Assembly (NCBI GenBank): GCA_964528145.1 | Contig: CAZGSF010000001.1 | Location: 3,267 to 67,266 of the forward strand | DNA: 64,000 nt | Reading direction: 5' to 3' | Origin: an uncultured Lachnospiraceae bacterium | GTDB taxonomy: Bacteria; Bacillota; Clostridia; Lachnospirales; Lachnospiraceae | The notes under the pieces: generated by a model | Seen by the model: the letters and a program-made list of their open reading frames with translations, nothing else | Database searches by the model: none | Told to the model about the DNA's origin: nothing | In this document: one piece after another, positions 50,101 through 59,113 of the stretch | Position numbering within the stretch: the stretch's first letter is position 1 | Layout of the letters: every line of letters begins with the position of its first letter | Made by a program: the position numbers and the translations under genes

Positions 50101-52024
50101 ACAGGACAGTATCAATATAGAGTCGGGAGTAAATGATACTTTTACCATAAATGTAAATGGTACGGACAGAACAGTAACTTTAGATGAGGGAACTTATAAC
50201 AGAAGTTCCTTTGTTTCCATGCTTAATAATAAGTTAAATCAGGCTAATGCAGGTGTGGAGGCGTTTGTATCCGGTGATAAGCTTGGATACAGAACAACTG
50301 CTACAGGAAATGCAGCATCGGTATCCATGTCCTATGACGGTGGCGGAAGTTCCATGGAAGCAATATATGGTACTTCCACAAGAGAGTATTCAGGCGTGAC
50401 GGTGCAGTTTGATGCTGAGGGTAAACTTTCACTTACTACAACAAAAAGTGGAAGCACCATTAGGGTATCAACTACTGATGGTGGTGCATTCCAGCAGCCG
50501 GTGGTAACTAAAAATCCAATAAGTACAGGTGGCGTAGACGGGTATCATTCATCCACAAAGAGTTATATTGATGGTGTATCTTTATCAGGTGATATTTCCA
50601 TTGATAAGTGGAATGATAATTTGAATTTCACGTTTAAAAATAATGGTACAAATCAGGACGTATCCATTGATGTTCCTGATGGCACATATACTTTTTCAGA
50701 GTTGCAGACAAAGCTGCAGGAGCTTATTGACGGTCAGGTAGGTCAGGATACGATTACCGTAACTGTAAGTGATTCAGGTGTGCGCCTGGAAGCAAATAAT
50801 GTGGGCAGCACATATCAGTTCAGTGGTTTTAGCGGAGATTTTTATGATAAGGTAATATGCTCCTGTCAGGAAAAAACATCTACCCAGTCCGTGACTTCAA
50901 AGGATGGTAAGCAGACCATGGATTCCACATATACTGTGGGTAGAAAGGATGTGAGATCCGGAGGTGCAGATATAAGACAGGGCATCAGTGATGAATTAAG
51001 CCTTGACCTGACATACGATAATACCGTACATACCATTAGTATTAAATTGGATGCGGGACATTATAGTGGTGAAGAATTAAAGCAGGAAATACAAGAAAAG
51101 TTAAATGCACAATTATTGAACATGGGATTGCCTGAAAACTTGATTGAAGTGGGAATCGGCGGCATTAACACAGGGGTTTATGGTGCAAATGACCAGAATG
51201 CTCTGAATTTCAGTTTGTCAAAAACAGTGGCGGCACCTACGGAAGGCCAGTTTATTATCGATGGTGTAAGCGGAAATGCGGCATTTGAAATTTTCTATCA
51301 GACCGACGGAGAAATGGAACCGGCATATATTTCGGGAACAAAAGATATATCAAACGGTGTGACAGTACCGGCAGGCGAAACCGATATGTCATTTAAGGTG
51401 GATGGCGTTGAATATTCCATTACGATACCGGAGAATGATTATACTGCAGAAGAAATATTAATAGCACTGAATGACCAGTTTGATGCTGTGGGAGCGCCTG
51501 TAATAGCAGAACGCTTAGGCAATAAAATTAAGATTTCCCATAGAATATTGGGACAGCACGAGATTGATGATGTGCGCGGAGGACTCAGAGAAAATATATT
51601 CTTTGAGGAGACCGGACAGAAAAAATCGGATTGGGCAAAATATGTGAAATTAAGCAGCGAATCAGGAGATTCAATCGGTTTGAACCGCCACATATTGTCC
51701 ACTGCTTCATTGGGACTTAATTCATGTTGTATTTCACAAACTAAAAATGCAGAAAAAGCGTTGTCACGAATCGAACAGGCATTAAAGCTGGTATCTGATA
51801 TCCGCAGTGATTTTGGTAGTACCCAGAACCGCCTTGAGCATGCCATCAGAAACAATGAGAACAAGGAAGAAAATCTCCAGAGTGCAGAGTCGGTAATCAG
51901 AGATACTGATATGGCATCAGAAATGTTAAAGTACTCTACAGCGAACATTATCGCTCAGGCAGGACAGGCAATGCTTGCCCAGGCAAATCAAAGCCAGCAG
52001 GGGATTTTAAGTTTGTTGTCTTAA
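47198..52024 (+). CDS. fliC: Giant flagellin (1608 aa) with repetitive hypervariable region
   Basis: Flagellin_N (EKLSSGYRINRAADDAAGLAISEKMR) and Flagellin_C (RSDFGSTQNRLEH, AESVIRDTDMASEM, QAGQAMLAQANQ) flank an insert of about 1340 aa. Confidence 0.93.
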   Translation: MRISHNMMAINNNRMLGINEKKKVSSTEKLSSGYRINRAADDAAGLAISEKMRRLIRGLDKGTENALDGVSWTQSGDGALNEVDEILHRMTELTVKALNETHTDSDRMAMELEFEQLQSELDRIGDTTTFNETKIFAKHDIPYYQCQGSAKWDPQQMHVVTAGENDLTFEYRVSEDEPAKTMSITVPSGRYTTQELIDEIESRLSEVPTDGEKIVLEFTAEGFCNANLEGGEKIDSLSGGLSYLMYDMYKGGSYGALIGTTSFLSESSRLDVVSGQNDKMSFDIENFAGGSSSKDITIRQGSYTRSELIDLLNEQLADTTVRATAYGDGIKLSSEDAIVTGFKGNMFKIDGNGTIYNSVFYDNVKYGTVSQEPAVFTGGCVLPTNSRDEEHKYYRIDSSNNTLTMAVNGSDTSVTITIPDGEYTARQMADKLNELFADAGLDVTADRRTYAGYDGIVITSNVKGPESKIDIDSASSAYQTLFVQREYNQYGSNVNPVNENRADSEGTFNGSKDLSILTSEPLTVTAGVNDSFRISLNGDPEFTITLSPGTYSSVDDVISEIDNQLNGAGAQMGYKGKLSVSKVNNKLLLTGNPGQGINTIRVSAETGRDVFDAIFQGYSITTTTPTASGTNNVVLNTPYDGNIGADESSMKITVDGKEYTVNLPTGDVSTDDIKQAIENTIPGHTEIVKNTFATEADSGDTIDRNFGYGVYGASNTVSWNGSETGKSEKMEGAVGFRVNEPAQLELGPSLQSNMVVNSANNKITLSLNGTQKVLTLDDGTYTPDSLKNALQAKIDENFGTGMGGATVSISNNKLVITSRLPDGYNGENTSISCSTTNSSFLKELNTTRTAAEWISDRAIESTINIDNTNQGFSFTYKENGNTQNINLTLSQGSYSRSSFITELNRQLGTTNTGIMASLSDGKLVLTSQAKGNDVYISYATQTGGTSAEALFGPLTETTAAEIIINLKTQDSINIESGVNDTFTINVNGTDRTVTLDEGTYNRSSFVSMLNNKLNQANAGVEAFVSGDKLGYRTTATGNAASVSMSYDGGGSSMEAIYGTSTREYSGVTVQFDAEGKLSLTTTKSGSTIRVSTTDGGAFQQPVVTKNPISTGGVDGYHSSTKSYIDGVSLSGDISIDKWNDNLNFTFKNNGTNQDVSIDVPDGTYTFSELQTKLQELIDGQVGQDTITVTVSDSGVRLEANNVGSTYQFSGFSGDFYDKVICSCQEKTSTQSVTSKDGKQTMDSTYTVGRKDVRSGGADIRQGISDELSLDLTYDNTVHTISIKLDAGHYSGEELKQEIQEKLNAQLLNMGLPENLIEVGIGGINTGVYGANDQNALNFSLSKTVAAPTEGQFIIDGVSGNAAFEIFYQTDGEMEPAYISGTKDISNGVTVPAGETDMSFKVDGVEYSITIPENDYTAEEILIALNDQFDAVGAPVIAERLGNKIKISHRILGQHEIDDVRGGLRENIFFEETGQKKSDWAKYVKLSSESGDSIGLNRHILSTASLGLNSCCISQTKNAEKALSRIEQALKLVSDIRSDFGSTQNRLEHAIRNNENKEENLQSAESVIRDTDMASEMLKYSTANIIAQAGQAMLAQANQSQQGILSLLS

Positions 52025-52126
52025 AGGGTTGAAGGCGTTAGGAATATCACCTTAATAAAATAATATAGCATTTCCCCATTTTTTTTGGTAAAATATATAA
52101 AATAGGATTTTACAAAAGATGGGGAG

Positions 52127-54337
52127 ATGGGTTGTATGAAAGGATTGAATCGTACACATCTGAAGCTGATTGCTATCTGCGCCATGGTATGTGACCATAC
52201 GGCGTGGGGATTTGTGGAGTTTATGAGCCCTCTGGGACAGGTTATGCATGTCATCGGGCGACTTACAATACCTATTATGTGTTTCTTTATAGCGGAAGGA
52301 TTTCGTCACACATCCGATAGGAAAGGCTATATTTTACGTATGGCCTTGTTTAGTGTGATTGCGATGCTTCCGTTTTATTTATTTTTTGGAGAATTGTATG
52401 ATTACAGGCAGAATATTATTTTTGATTTGCTGCTTGGGTTGTTGCTTTTGGCTGTTTTGGAAAATGAGAAATTTAAATTATGGCAAAAGATTTTACTTTC
52501 GGCACTTTTGTTTGTAATATCCGCAACAATAGGCGGATGGGTTATTATGCCCATGCTTTATATACTGGTGTTTTACTATGTCAAGGGGTTCAAAGCCCAG
52601 GCAAAATGGGTATGTGCGCTTACGGTTATATTGCAGGTGTTTCTTATTGTGGCAGTGGAGCTTAACAGAATATGGCATTTCTCAAAGTATGACTGGCCAT
52701 GGTATGACAAACTTTATTTGCTGGGATTTATGATTCCTCTTGTTTTACTTAAGTTCTATAATGGGGAGAAAGGAAAGGATGTATTCGGAAGATATTTCTT
52801 CTATCTGTTTTATCCGGCACATTTTCTTGTGCTTGCGACCATCAGGGTATTAATAAATGGCTGTACCCCGTATCAGATTTATGTGGCATTACATATTTTG
52901 GTGTTACTGGTATGTCTGGCGGTTCTTATATTAGCTATCTGTGCAAAAACATCCAGAGGACAGACGGCAACAATTGTGCTTGTAACTTCCGGATGTATTT
53001 ATACATTTGGATTTTTGGTGGAGATTACTTCCGGTAATGTTGGGGGGTATTATGCGGCTACATTAACCCAGTATTTCGGAGAATGTCTGCTTATGATTGG
53101 TTTTACCATGTTTGTGGCAGAGATGTGTCACAGAACAATACCTCCGGTGGTATATGCACTGGAAGCACTTTGCGGAATTCTTATTATGTGGATGCTTTTT
53201 ACCACAAGGGACAATAAGTTTTTTTATACATTTATTGGAATTAATGAAGAAGGACCGTTTCCGAGGCTTGTGCTTGAATATGGATGGGGCTTTTACCTGT
53301 TCGTGCTTTATATGGTTGTTGTGTGTGTAGGTTGTGTTACCATGTGTATTATAGGAATTGTAAAATCCAATGGTGCAGAGCGGAAACGTATGCTTTGTAC
53401 GGTTATGGCAGTTTTATGCCCCTGGTTGCCAAATCTTATCAGAAGTACCGGAATTACCCGTGGATATGAGATACCGTGTTTAGGAATTATGGGGGCTTTT
53501 GTGCTGGTTGGTCTGGCTCTTACCAGATATGGATATTTCGATTCTATCGCCCTTGCAGGTGAAAATGCATTAAGTCACGGGCAGGAAGGTATTATGGTAA
53601 TAAATAATAATCATATTATTTCTTACTTTAATAAACGAATGGAAGAAATTTTTGGCAAATTTGCTTTGAAACAGAATGCATATAAGAATGAGACCATTGC
53701 GAGTATTTTTGAGGGGCGGATTAAGACCTTGAAAATCGGGGATAAAATATATGAAATGCGTGTGGAACCTTTAAGTGAGGGCGGATATGTGCAGGGAAGG
53801 ATGCTTTGGGTTCTTGATATTACCGAGCATCACGATATGCTTACCCGTATAAGTGATATGGCTCACAAGGATGCCCTTACAAATGTTTATAACAGAAGAT
53901 ATTTTATAACTCTTCTTGAAGAGTTTTTGGAAAGTGGCGGTAGCGGAAGTCTGTTTATGCTTGACCTTAATAATTTTAAACAGATTAATGACCGTTATGG
54001 TCATCTTGCAGGTGATGATATTCTTGTAAAATTCGGAGAAGTACTTCTTTCTTTGGGAGATGAAATTATATCCTGCCGCGTGGGTGGTGACGAGTTTTGT
54101 TTGTTTTACAAAGAAGCCATTGATGTGAAAGAACTTGAAATTATGGCGGATAGAATTGTTAGTGATTATAAAAAGATTACGACGGAAGAAAAATATGCGG
54201 ATCTGATAGATGTATCCATGGGTATTGCCAGGATTTTGGAAACTTCGGAGAGGAATTTTGAGAAGCTTTACAGTAATGCGGATAAAGCGTTGTATGTGGC
54301 AAAAAACAGAAGTAAAGAGGCTTGGTACATACTTTAG
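52127..54337 (+). CDS. TraX-like membrane acyltransferase domain fused to 7TM sensor, PAS-like and GGDEF domains
   Basis: TraX motifs LKLIA...M..DH, IGRL..PI..F...EGF.HT, QNIIF, YNGEKG, FFY.FYPAH; further TM helices; DALTNVYNRR, DLNNFK.IND.YGH..GD, RVGGDEF, ADKALY.AK. True start may be ATG 52136. Confidence 0.85.
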   Translation: MGCMKGLNRTHLKLIAICAMVCDHTAWGFVEFMSPLGQVMHVIGRLTIPIMCFFIAEGFRHTSDRKGYILRMALFSVIAMLPFYLFFGELYDYRQNIIFDLLLGLLLLAVLENEKFKLWQKILLSALLFVISATIGGWVIMPMLYILVFYYVKGFKAQAKWVCALTVILQVFLIVAVELNRIWHFSKYDWPWYDKLYLLGFMIPLVLLKFYNGEKGKDVFGRYFFYLFYPAHFLVLATIRVLINGCTPYQIYVALHILVLLVCLAVLILAICAKTSRGQTATIVLVTSGCIYTFGFLVEITSGNVGGYYAATLTQYFGECLLMIGFTMFVAEMCHRTIPPVVYALEALCGILIMWMLFTTRDNKFFYTFIGINEEGPFPRLVLEYGWGFYLFVLYMVVVCVGCVTMCIIGIVKSNGAERKRMLCTVMAVLCPWLPNLIRSTGITRGYEIPCLGIMGAFVLVGLALTRYGYFDSIALAGENALSHGQEGIMVINNNHIISYFNKRMEEIFGKFALKQNAYKNETIASIFEGRIKTLKIGDKIYEMRVEPLSEGGYVQGRMLWVLDITEHHDMLTRISDMAHKDALTNVYNRRYFITLLEEFLESGGSGSLFMLDLNNFKQINDRYGHLAGDDILVKFGEVLLSLGDEIISCRVGGDEFCLFYKEAIDVKELEIMADRIVSDYKKITTEEKYADLIDVSMGIARILETSERNFEKLYSNADKALYVAKNRSKEAWYIL

Positions 54338-54358
54338 TGTTTGAAGGTGGGAAGCGTG

Positions 54359-57300
54359 ATGAAATACTTTAGCAAAATAGTATGGCTTATAATGGCATTT
54401 AACTTAATATTGCTGGTAGTTGTGGCTGCTACATTTCAGGTAGATAATATGACCTTATCAAAAGGAAAAGTAGATACTTTTAATACCGGGTGGGAACTTA
54501 CGGGTGAGGATGGCGTAAGCATAGTTCTTGAGGAACTTCCTTTTCTGGGTAAAAGTAACCCGGGAGAGATTGTTGTTGCAAAAAATATTATTCCCAAGGA
54601 ATTTTATGGAAAAACAATGGGTTTCCTTTCTGCCGATAAGGTTCTTAAAGTATGGCTTGATGAAGAACTTGTATATGAATTTGGTGTTAATGATGTAAGA
54701 GCGTTCGGACATACGCCGGGTAGCGTTTATAATTTTATTGATATACCCGCAGACTTAGATGAGGGGCTTATAAGAATGGAGATGACTTCCCCTTATAAGG
54801 ATTATGCGGCGAGACTGTGCAGTATAAATATTGGCGACAGGGATGTGCTTATATTGCAGCTGTTACGGGATAATTTAGGCAATATTCTGTTAAATATGGT
54901 TATCCTTATATGTGCGGTTGTATTTTTTCTTTTGTTTATTATACGAATTTCTTCAAGACAGAAAGCGGATGGAATGCAGTATTTGTGCGGCTATTGTACC
55001 GTTGCGGCATTGTATTACTTTGTGGAAACAAAGGTATTGCATATTTTTTACGGTAATCAGACCTTCTATTCGGTGCTTGTGTTCTTATGCCTGATGATGA
55101 TACCGTTTTTTATCAGCTTGTACTATGCCAACGGAGTGCTTGGAGTATATAAATTACGCTGGAAAATACTTTTGGGATTGATTTCGGTCAATGTAGTTGT
55201 GCAGATGATTTTACAGCTTTTTAATGTTGTGGATTTTATGAACATGGTTTTTTTCTCCCATGGATTAATTGCACTTACCGTTATTGTAGTAGGGAAATCC
55301 TATCTTGATATTATGAAGGAGAAGCGTGATAAGAGTATTATTATTGGTATGATAGGGCTTCTTTTTATGGGAATTGGAGGAACTATCGATATAATAAGAA
55401 TGTATGTGGTTGCAGTTGGTGATATGGGAAAATTCAGCCGGCTCGGAACTACCTGCTTTGCAATTATAATGTTGTATCAGCATTTTGGTCAGATAATTAA
55501 GGGATATTCAAGTAATGTTGAAGAAAATGCCAGATTGCTTAAGCGTGAAATGGAGTATGTTGCCAAGAAAAACGAGCAGCTTGAGGAGGCAAACAGGCAG
55601 GCGGAAGAGGCAAGGCTTGAGGCACTTTCAGCAAATGCATCAAAGGATAAATTTCTTGCTCATATGTCCCACGAAATAAGGACGCCGATTAATGCAGTGC
55701 TTGGAATGAATACCATGATTTTAAGAGAAACAGGGGAGATGCCTATTAAGGAATATGCTCTTGATATTCAAAATGCAGGGCAGAACCTGTTATCCTTAAT
55801 AAATGACATACTTGATTTTTCTAAAATCGAGTCGGGTAAGCTTGAGATTATACCTGTGGAATATGACATGAGCAGTCTTATTTATGATATATCCAACATG
55901 GTAAAGGCTAAGGCAGAAGCTAAAAAGTTAAAGTTAAATATTCATGTTGATGAAAATCTTCCGTCCAAACTTTTGGGAGATGATGTGCGTATACGGCAGA
56001 TTGTGGTTAATCTGTTAAATAATGCGGTTAAATATACTAAAGAAGGGGAAATTACCCTGAATGTAGAAGGAAGAGTAGAAGGCCGAAAGGCTGTTATGGA
56101 TTTTTCCGTAAAGGATACGGGAATCGGAATTAAAGAAGAAGATATTGAGAAACTTTTCAGGGAATTTGAACGTATAGAGGAAAAAAGAAACCGTAATGTT
56201 GAAGGAACGGGACTTGGAATTAATATTACGACCCAGCTTTTACTCCTTATGGGCAGCAGGCTTAACGTAGAAAGTGTATATGGTGAAGGTTCACGTTTCT
56301 ATTTTTCCTTGGAACAGCAAATTGTGGATTCGACACCCATAGGTGATTTGGAAGAGCGAATCCGTAAAGAAGCAACCGAATATTCTTATGCGGCTACCTT
56401 TACAGCAAAGGATGCACATATCCTTGTGGTGGATGATAATTTGGTAAATCTGAAGGTGTTTGTAAATCTTCTTAAATGTACCAAAGTGAATGTAGATGTG
56501 GCAGACGGCGGAAAGAGCTGCCTGGAAATGATTAGAAATAAATATTATGATTTAATTTTCCTTGATCATATGATGCCGGAAATGGATGGTCTTGAGACAT
56601 TAAGGCATATGAAGGAGATGCAGGATAATAAATGTAAGCATAGTCCTGTTGTGGCACTTACAGCCAACGCTATCACGGGGGCTAAGGAAATGTATCTTTC
56701 AGAAGGTTTTGATGCGTTTCTTCCAAAACCCATTAATCCTGTGAAACTGGAACAGATGATACTGAAATTACTGCCAAGGGATTTACTTAGGTTTGATGTG
56801 GAAGATGAACAGGGTCTGCCGGATAAAATAGTGATAAAAGATAGCGATGCCTTTGACGTATCAGAGCTTCCTATGATTGATGGTATAGACTGGAATTATG
56901 GATACATGCATCTTCCCGATAAAGAACTTCTTATAAGTACGGTGCAGGATTTTTATAAAACTCTGGAAACGGAAGCGGACAGTCTTGAAAGATTTTATAA
57001 AGAGTGCAGAAATAATCCGGAAATGATTAAGCAGTACAGGATAAAGGTTCATGCCATGAAGAGCACTGCAAATTTAATAGGTGCCATAGTTCCGGGTGGA
57101 CTTGCCAGAGTGTTGGAAAATGCGGCAAAGGATGAAGACCTGTTAACAATTGATGCAATGCATGATATATTTATAAGAGAGTGGCTTGGTTACAAGGATA
57201 AGTTAATGGACTGTGCTTTTATCGAATCAGGACATAATGATGAATCCATGAAGGAAACAAAGGAAGCTGACAGCAGTGTTATACAAACATATCTTCAATC

Positions 57301-57484
57301 CCTCAGAATGGCAATGGACGAGTTTGATATTGACGTTATGGATGAAGTTATGAAGCAACTTGAGGCTTTGCATTGCAAGGATGAAGTTAGTGCGCGTATA
57401 ACGAGACTTTCAGCATTCGTAACTAATATGGATACACAACAGGGAATAGAACTTATAGATGAAATTATTGCATTACTAAGTTAA
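54359..57484 (+). CDS. Hybrid sensor histidine kinase (extracellular beta domain, multi-TM, HisKA, HATPase, REC, HPt)
   Basis: MSHEIRTP, NLLNNAVKYT, DTGIGI, GTGLG, IFLDHMMP; HPt motif VHAMKSTANLIGA. Confidence 0.92.
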   Translation: MKYFSKIVWLIMAFNLILLVVVAATFQVDNMTLSKGKVDTFNTGWELTGEDGVSIVLEELPFLGKSNPGEIVVAKNIIPKEFYGKTMGFLSADKVLKVWLDEELVYEFGVNDVRAFGHTPGSVYNFIDIPADLDEGLIRMEMTSPYKDYAARLCSINIGDRDVLILQLLRDNLGNILLNMVILICAVVFFLLFIIRISSRQKADGMQYLCGYCTVAALYYFVETKVLHIFYGNQTFYSVLVFLCLMMIPFFISLYYANGVLGVYKLRWKILLGLISVNVVVQMILQLFNVVDFMNMVFFSHGLIALTVIVVGKSYLDIMKEKRDKSIIIGMIGLLFMGIGGTIDIIRMYVVAVGDMGKFSRLGTTCFAIIMLYQHFGQIIKGYSSNVEENARLLKREMEYVAKKNEQLEEANRQAEEARLEALSANASKDKFLAHMSHEIRTPINAVLGMNTMILRETGEMPIKEYALDIQNAGQNLLSLINDILDFSKIESGKLEIIPVEYDMSSLIYDISNMVKAKAEAKKLKLNIHVDENLPSKLLGDDVRIRQIVVNLLNNAVKYTKEGEITLNVEGRVEGRKAVMDFSVKDTGIGIKEEDIEKLFREFERIEEKRNRNVEGTGLGINITTQLLLLMGSRLNVESVYGEGSRFYFSLEQQIVDSTPIGDLEERIRKEATEYSYAATFTAKDAHILVVDDNLVNLKVFVNLLKCTKVNVDVADGGKSCLEMIRNKYYDLIFLDHMMPEMDGLETLRHMKEMQDNKCKHSPVVALTANAITGAKEMYLSEGFDAFLPKPINPVKLEQMILKLLPRDLLRFDVEDEQGLPDKIVIKDSDAFDVSELPMIDGIDWNYGYMHLPDKELLISTVQDFYKTLETEADSLERFYKECRNNPEMIKQYRIKVHAMKSTANLIGAIVPGGLARVLENAAKDEDLLTIDAMHDIFIREWLGYKDKLMDCAFIESGHNDESMKETKEADSSVIQTYLQSLRMAMDEFDIDVMDEVMKQLEALHCKDEVSARITRLSAFVTNMDTQQGIELIDEIIALLS

Positions 57485-57504
57485 GATAAATTGGAGAGAT
57501 TAAT

Positions 57505-58278
57505 ATGAAAAAAATACTTATAATAGGTGAGTTTAATCCGTTAATGAGTAGTTTAAACCAGCATTTATCAGGAAAATTCCAGACTCAGATGTGTATGGAT
57601 GATTTTGAAATGATAAAGGCTATGGGAAAGGTTTATAAATTTGACATGGCAATAATAAGTCTAAAGGGTGTGGCAGAACTTGATGAGCAGATAATTCCTT
57701 ATTTTGACAGTATGAATGCTCCGGTACCGGTTCTTTTGGTTGGAACGGCTGAAGAATGTAATTATTACCAGAAAATCTGTAAGAATGAGAAGTTTGATTT
57801 TGTGGTGAGACCGACAACGCTTGGAGTTTTACAGCGTAAATGTGAAGAAATGTTAAAACTTGCAATTGCGGATACTGGTGAAGAAGGAAATGCAGAGGTG
57901 ATATCCTTTAAGAAAAAATGTATTATGGCTGTTGATGATAGTGGAATTATGCTAAGAAGTGTTAAATCAATGCTTGAGAAAAAATACGATGTTATTGTTG
58001 CCAATTCCGGAAAATTAGCACTTAAGCAGGGACAAAAAAATGTTCCGGATTTGATACTGTTGGATTATGAGATGCCGGAATGGGATGGAAAGAAAACTCT
58101 GGAAGAAATTAGAAATGATGAAGTATTGCATGATACACCGGTGGTTTTTCTGACAGCAGTCGCGGATAAATCACATATTGCTGCAATATTGGAATTAAAA
58201 CCATCAGGATATCTTTTGAAACCAATAGAACAGCAGATGCTTATGGATACTATAGAAAAAGCTTTAATAAAAATTTAA
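57505..58278 (+). CDS. Response regulator with degenerate REC + intact REC and no DNA-binding domain
   Basis: C-terminal AVDDS...LLDYEMP...FLTA...LKP; the N-terminal REC-like domain lacks the acidic pocket. Confidence 0.85.
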   Translation: MKKILIIGEFNPLMSSLNQHLSGKFQTQMCMDDFEMIKAMGKVYKFDMAIISLKGVAELDEQIIPYFDSMNAPVPVLLVGTAEECNYYQKICKNEKFDFVVRPTTLGVLQRKCEEMLKLAIADTGEEGNAEVISFKKKCIMAVDDSGIMLRSVKSMLEKKYDVIVANSGKLALKQGQKNVPDLILLDYEMPEWDGKKTLEEIRNDEVLHDTPVVFLTAVADKSHIAAILELKPSGYLLKPIEQQMLMDTIEKALIKI

Positions 58279-58288
58279 GTACAAAATT

Positions 58289-58317
58289 GCCCCATACGGA
58301 TACAAGTCCGTTGGGGC
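58289..58317. terminator. Hairpin between convergent genes
   Basis: GCCCCA-TACGGA...TCCGT-TGGGGC. Confidence 0.6.
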
Positions 58318-58336
58318 TTTATTGTATAGGTTTTAA

Positions 58337-58936
58337 TTATTTTAATAAGCTTTTTAAAATTCCACCGATAACTTTGCCGGTGTTATTATCATCGGATGCT
58401 TTCTTTGTGGCTTTCTTTTTTGTAGAACCTGAGTTGTCGGTAAGAAGTCCTGTAACAAGCTCTGTTACATCCACATTCTCAAGTAAAGCACCTACAAGAG
58501 AGCCTACACCGGAATCCTTATCATCGTCATCATTTGCCTGCTGTCCCAGAAGACTCATAAGGAGAGGAGCGGCTGCAGAAAGAATTGTGGCGGTTTTGTC
58601 GTCAGAAACGCCGGATTTTTTTGAGATTTTCTTTACTGTATCGCTTTCTTCACTGCCCAAAAGGTGCCCGATGATTTTGGCACCGTCTTTCAAGTCAACA
58701 TTTCCTAAGAAACCGGATAAGTTGCCGGTATCAGCTTTTGCGTGGCTTGATAAAGCTTTTGCGAAACTTTCGGCAGTACTTTTATCGGAAGCCTGTCCTT
58801 TTGCACCATCAAGAAGTGCAGGGAGTGCCTGGGTTAATACGCTGGTAACATCGCTGTTTGATACGCCTGAAAGGTCGCTTAATCCTTTAACGCTGTCTGA
58901 ACTGAGCAATGCACCTGCAAGTTTTGTAATGTCCAT
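58337..58936 (-). CDS. DUF937-family protein
   Basis: ALPALL.G, AL..HA, DG.KI.GHLLG, L..AAPLLMS.LG; GGAG RBS. Confidence 0.8.
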   Translation of the reverse strand: MDITKLAGALLSSDSVKGLSDLSGVSNSDVTSVLTQALPALLDGAKGQASDKSTAESFAKALSSHAKADTGNLSGFLGNVDLKDGAKIIGHLLGSEESDTVKKISKKSGVSDDKTATILSAAAPLLMSLLGQQANDDDDKDSGVGSLVGALLENVDVTELVTGLLTDNSGSTKKKATKKASDDNNTGKVIGGILKSLLK

Positions 58937-59113
58937 ATTTGTATTCTCCTATATGTTATTTGTATTTATTAAATTATCGTACTAATTATGGAATAAGTAA
59001 AGAGTTAAGTCAAGAAAATTGGGGTTTTTTGTCAGAAATGCTTGCTTAACACACAAAATATTGTATAATAAAAGTGATTTTATTAATATGAAGAGGATAG
59101 GAGATATATTAAA

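Noticed and set aside
47620..51640. Flagellinolysin-type metalloprotease in the flagellin insert
   Set aside because: No HExxH motif; the only HE is in GQHEIDD.
58287..58985. 232-aa plus-strand ORF
   Set aside because: Antisense shadow of the DUF937 gene; starts inside a terminator hairpin.
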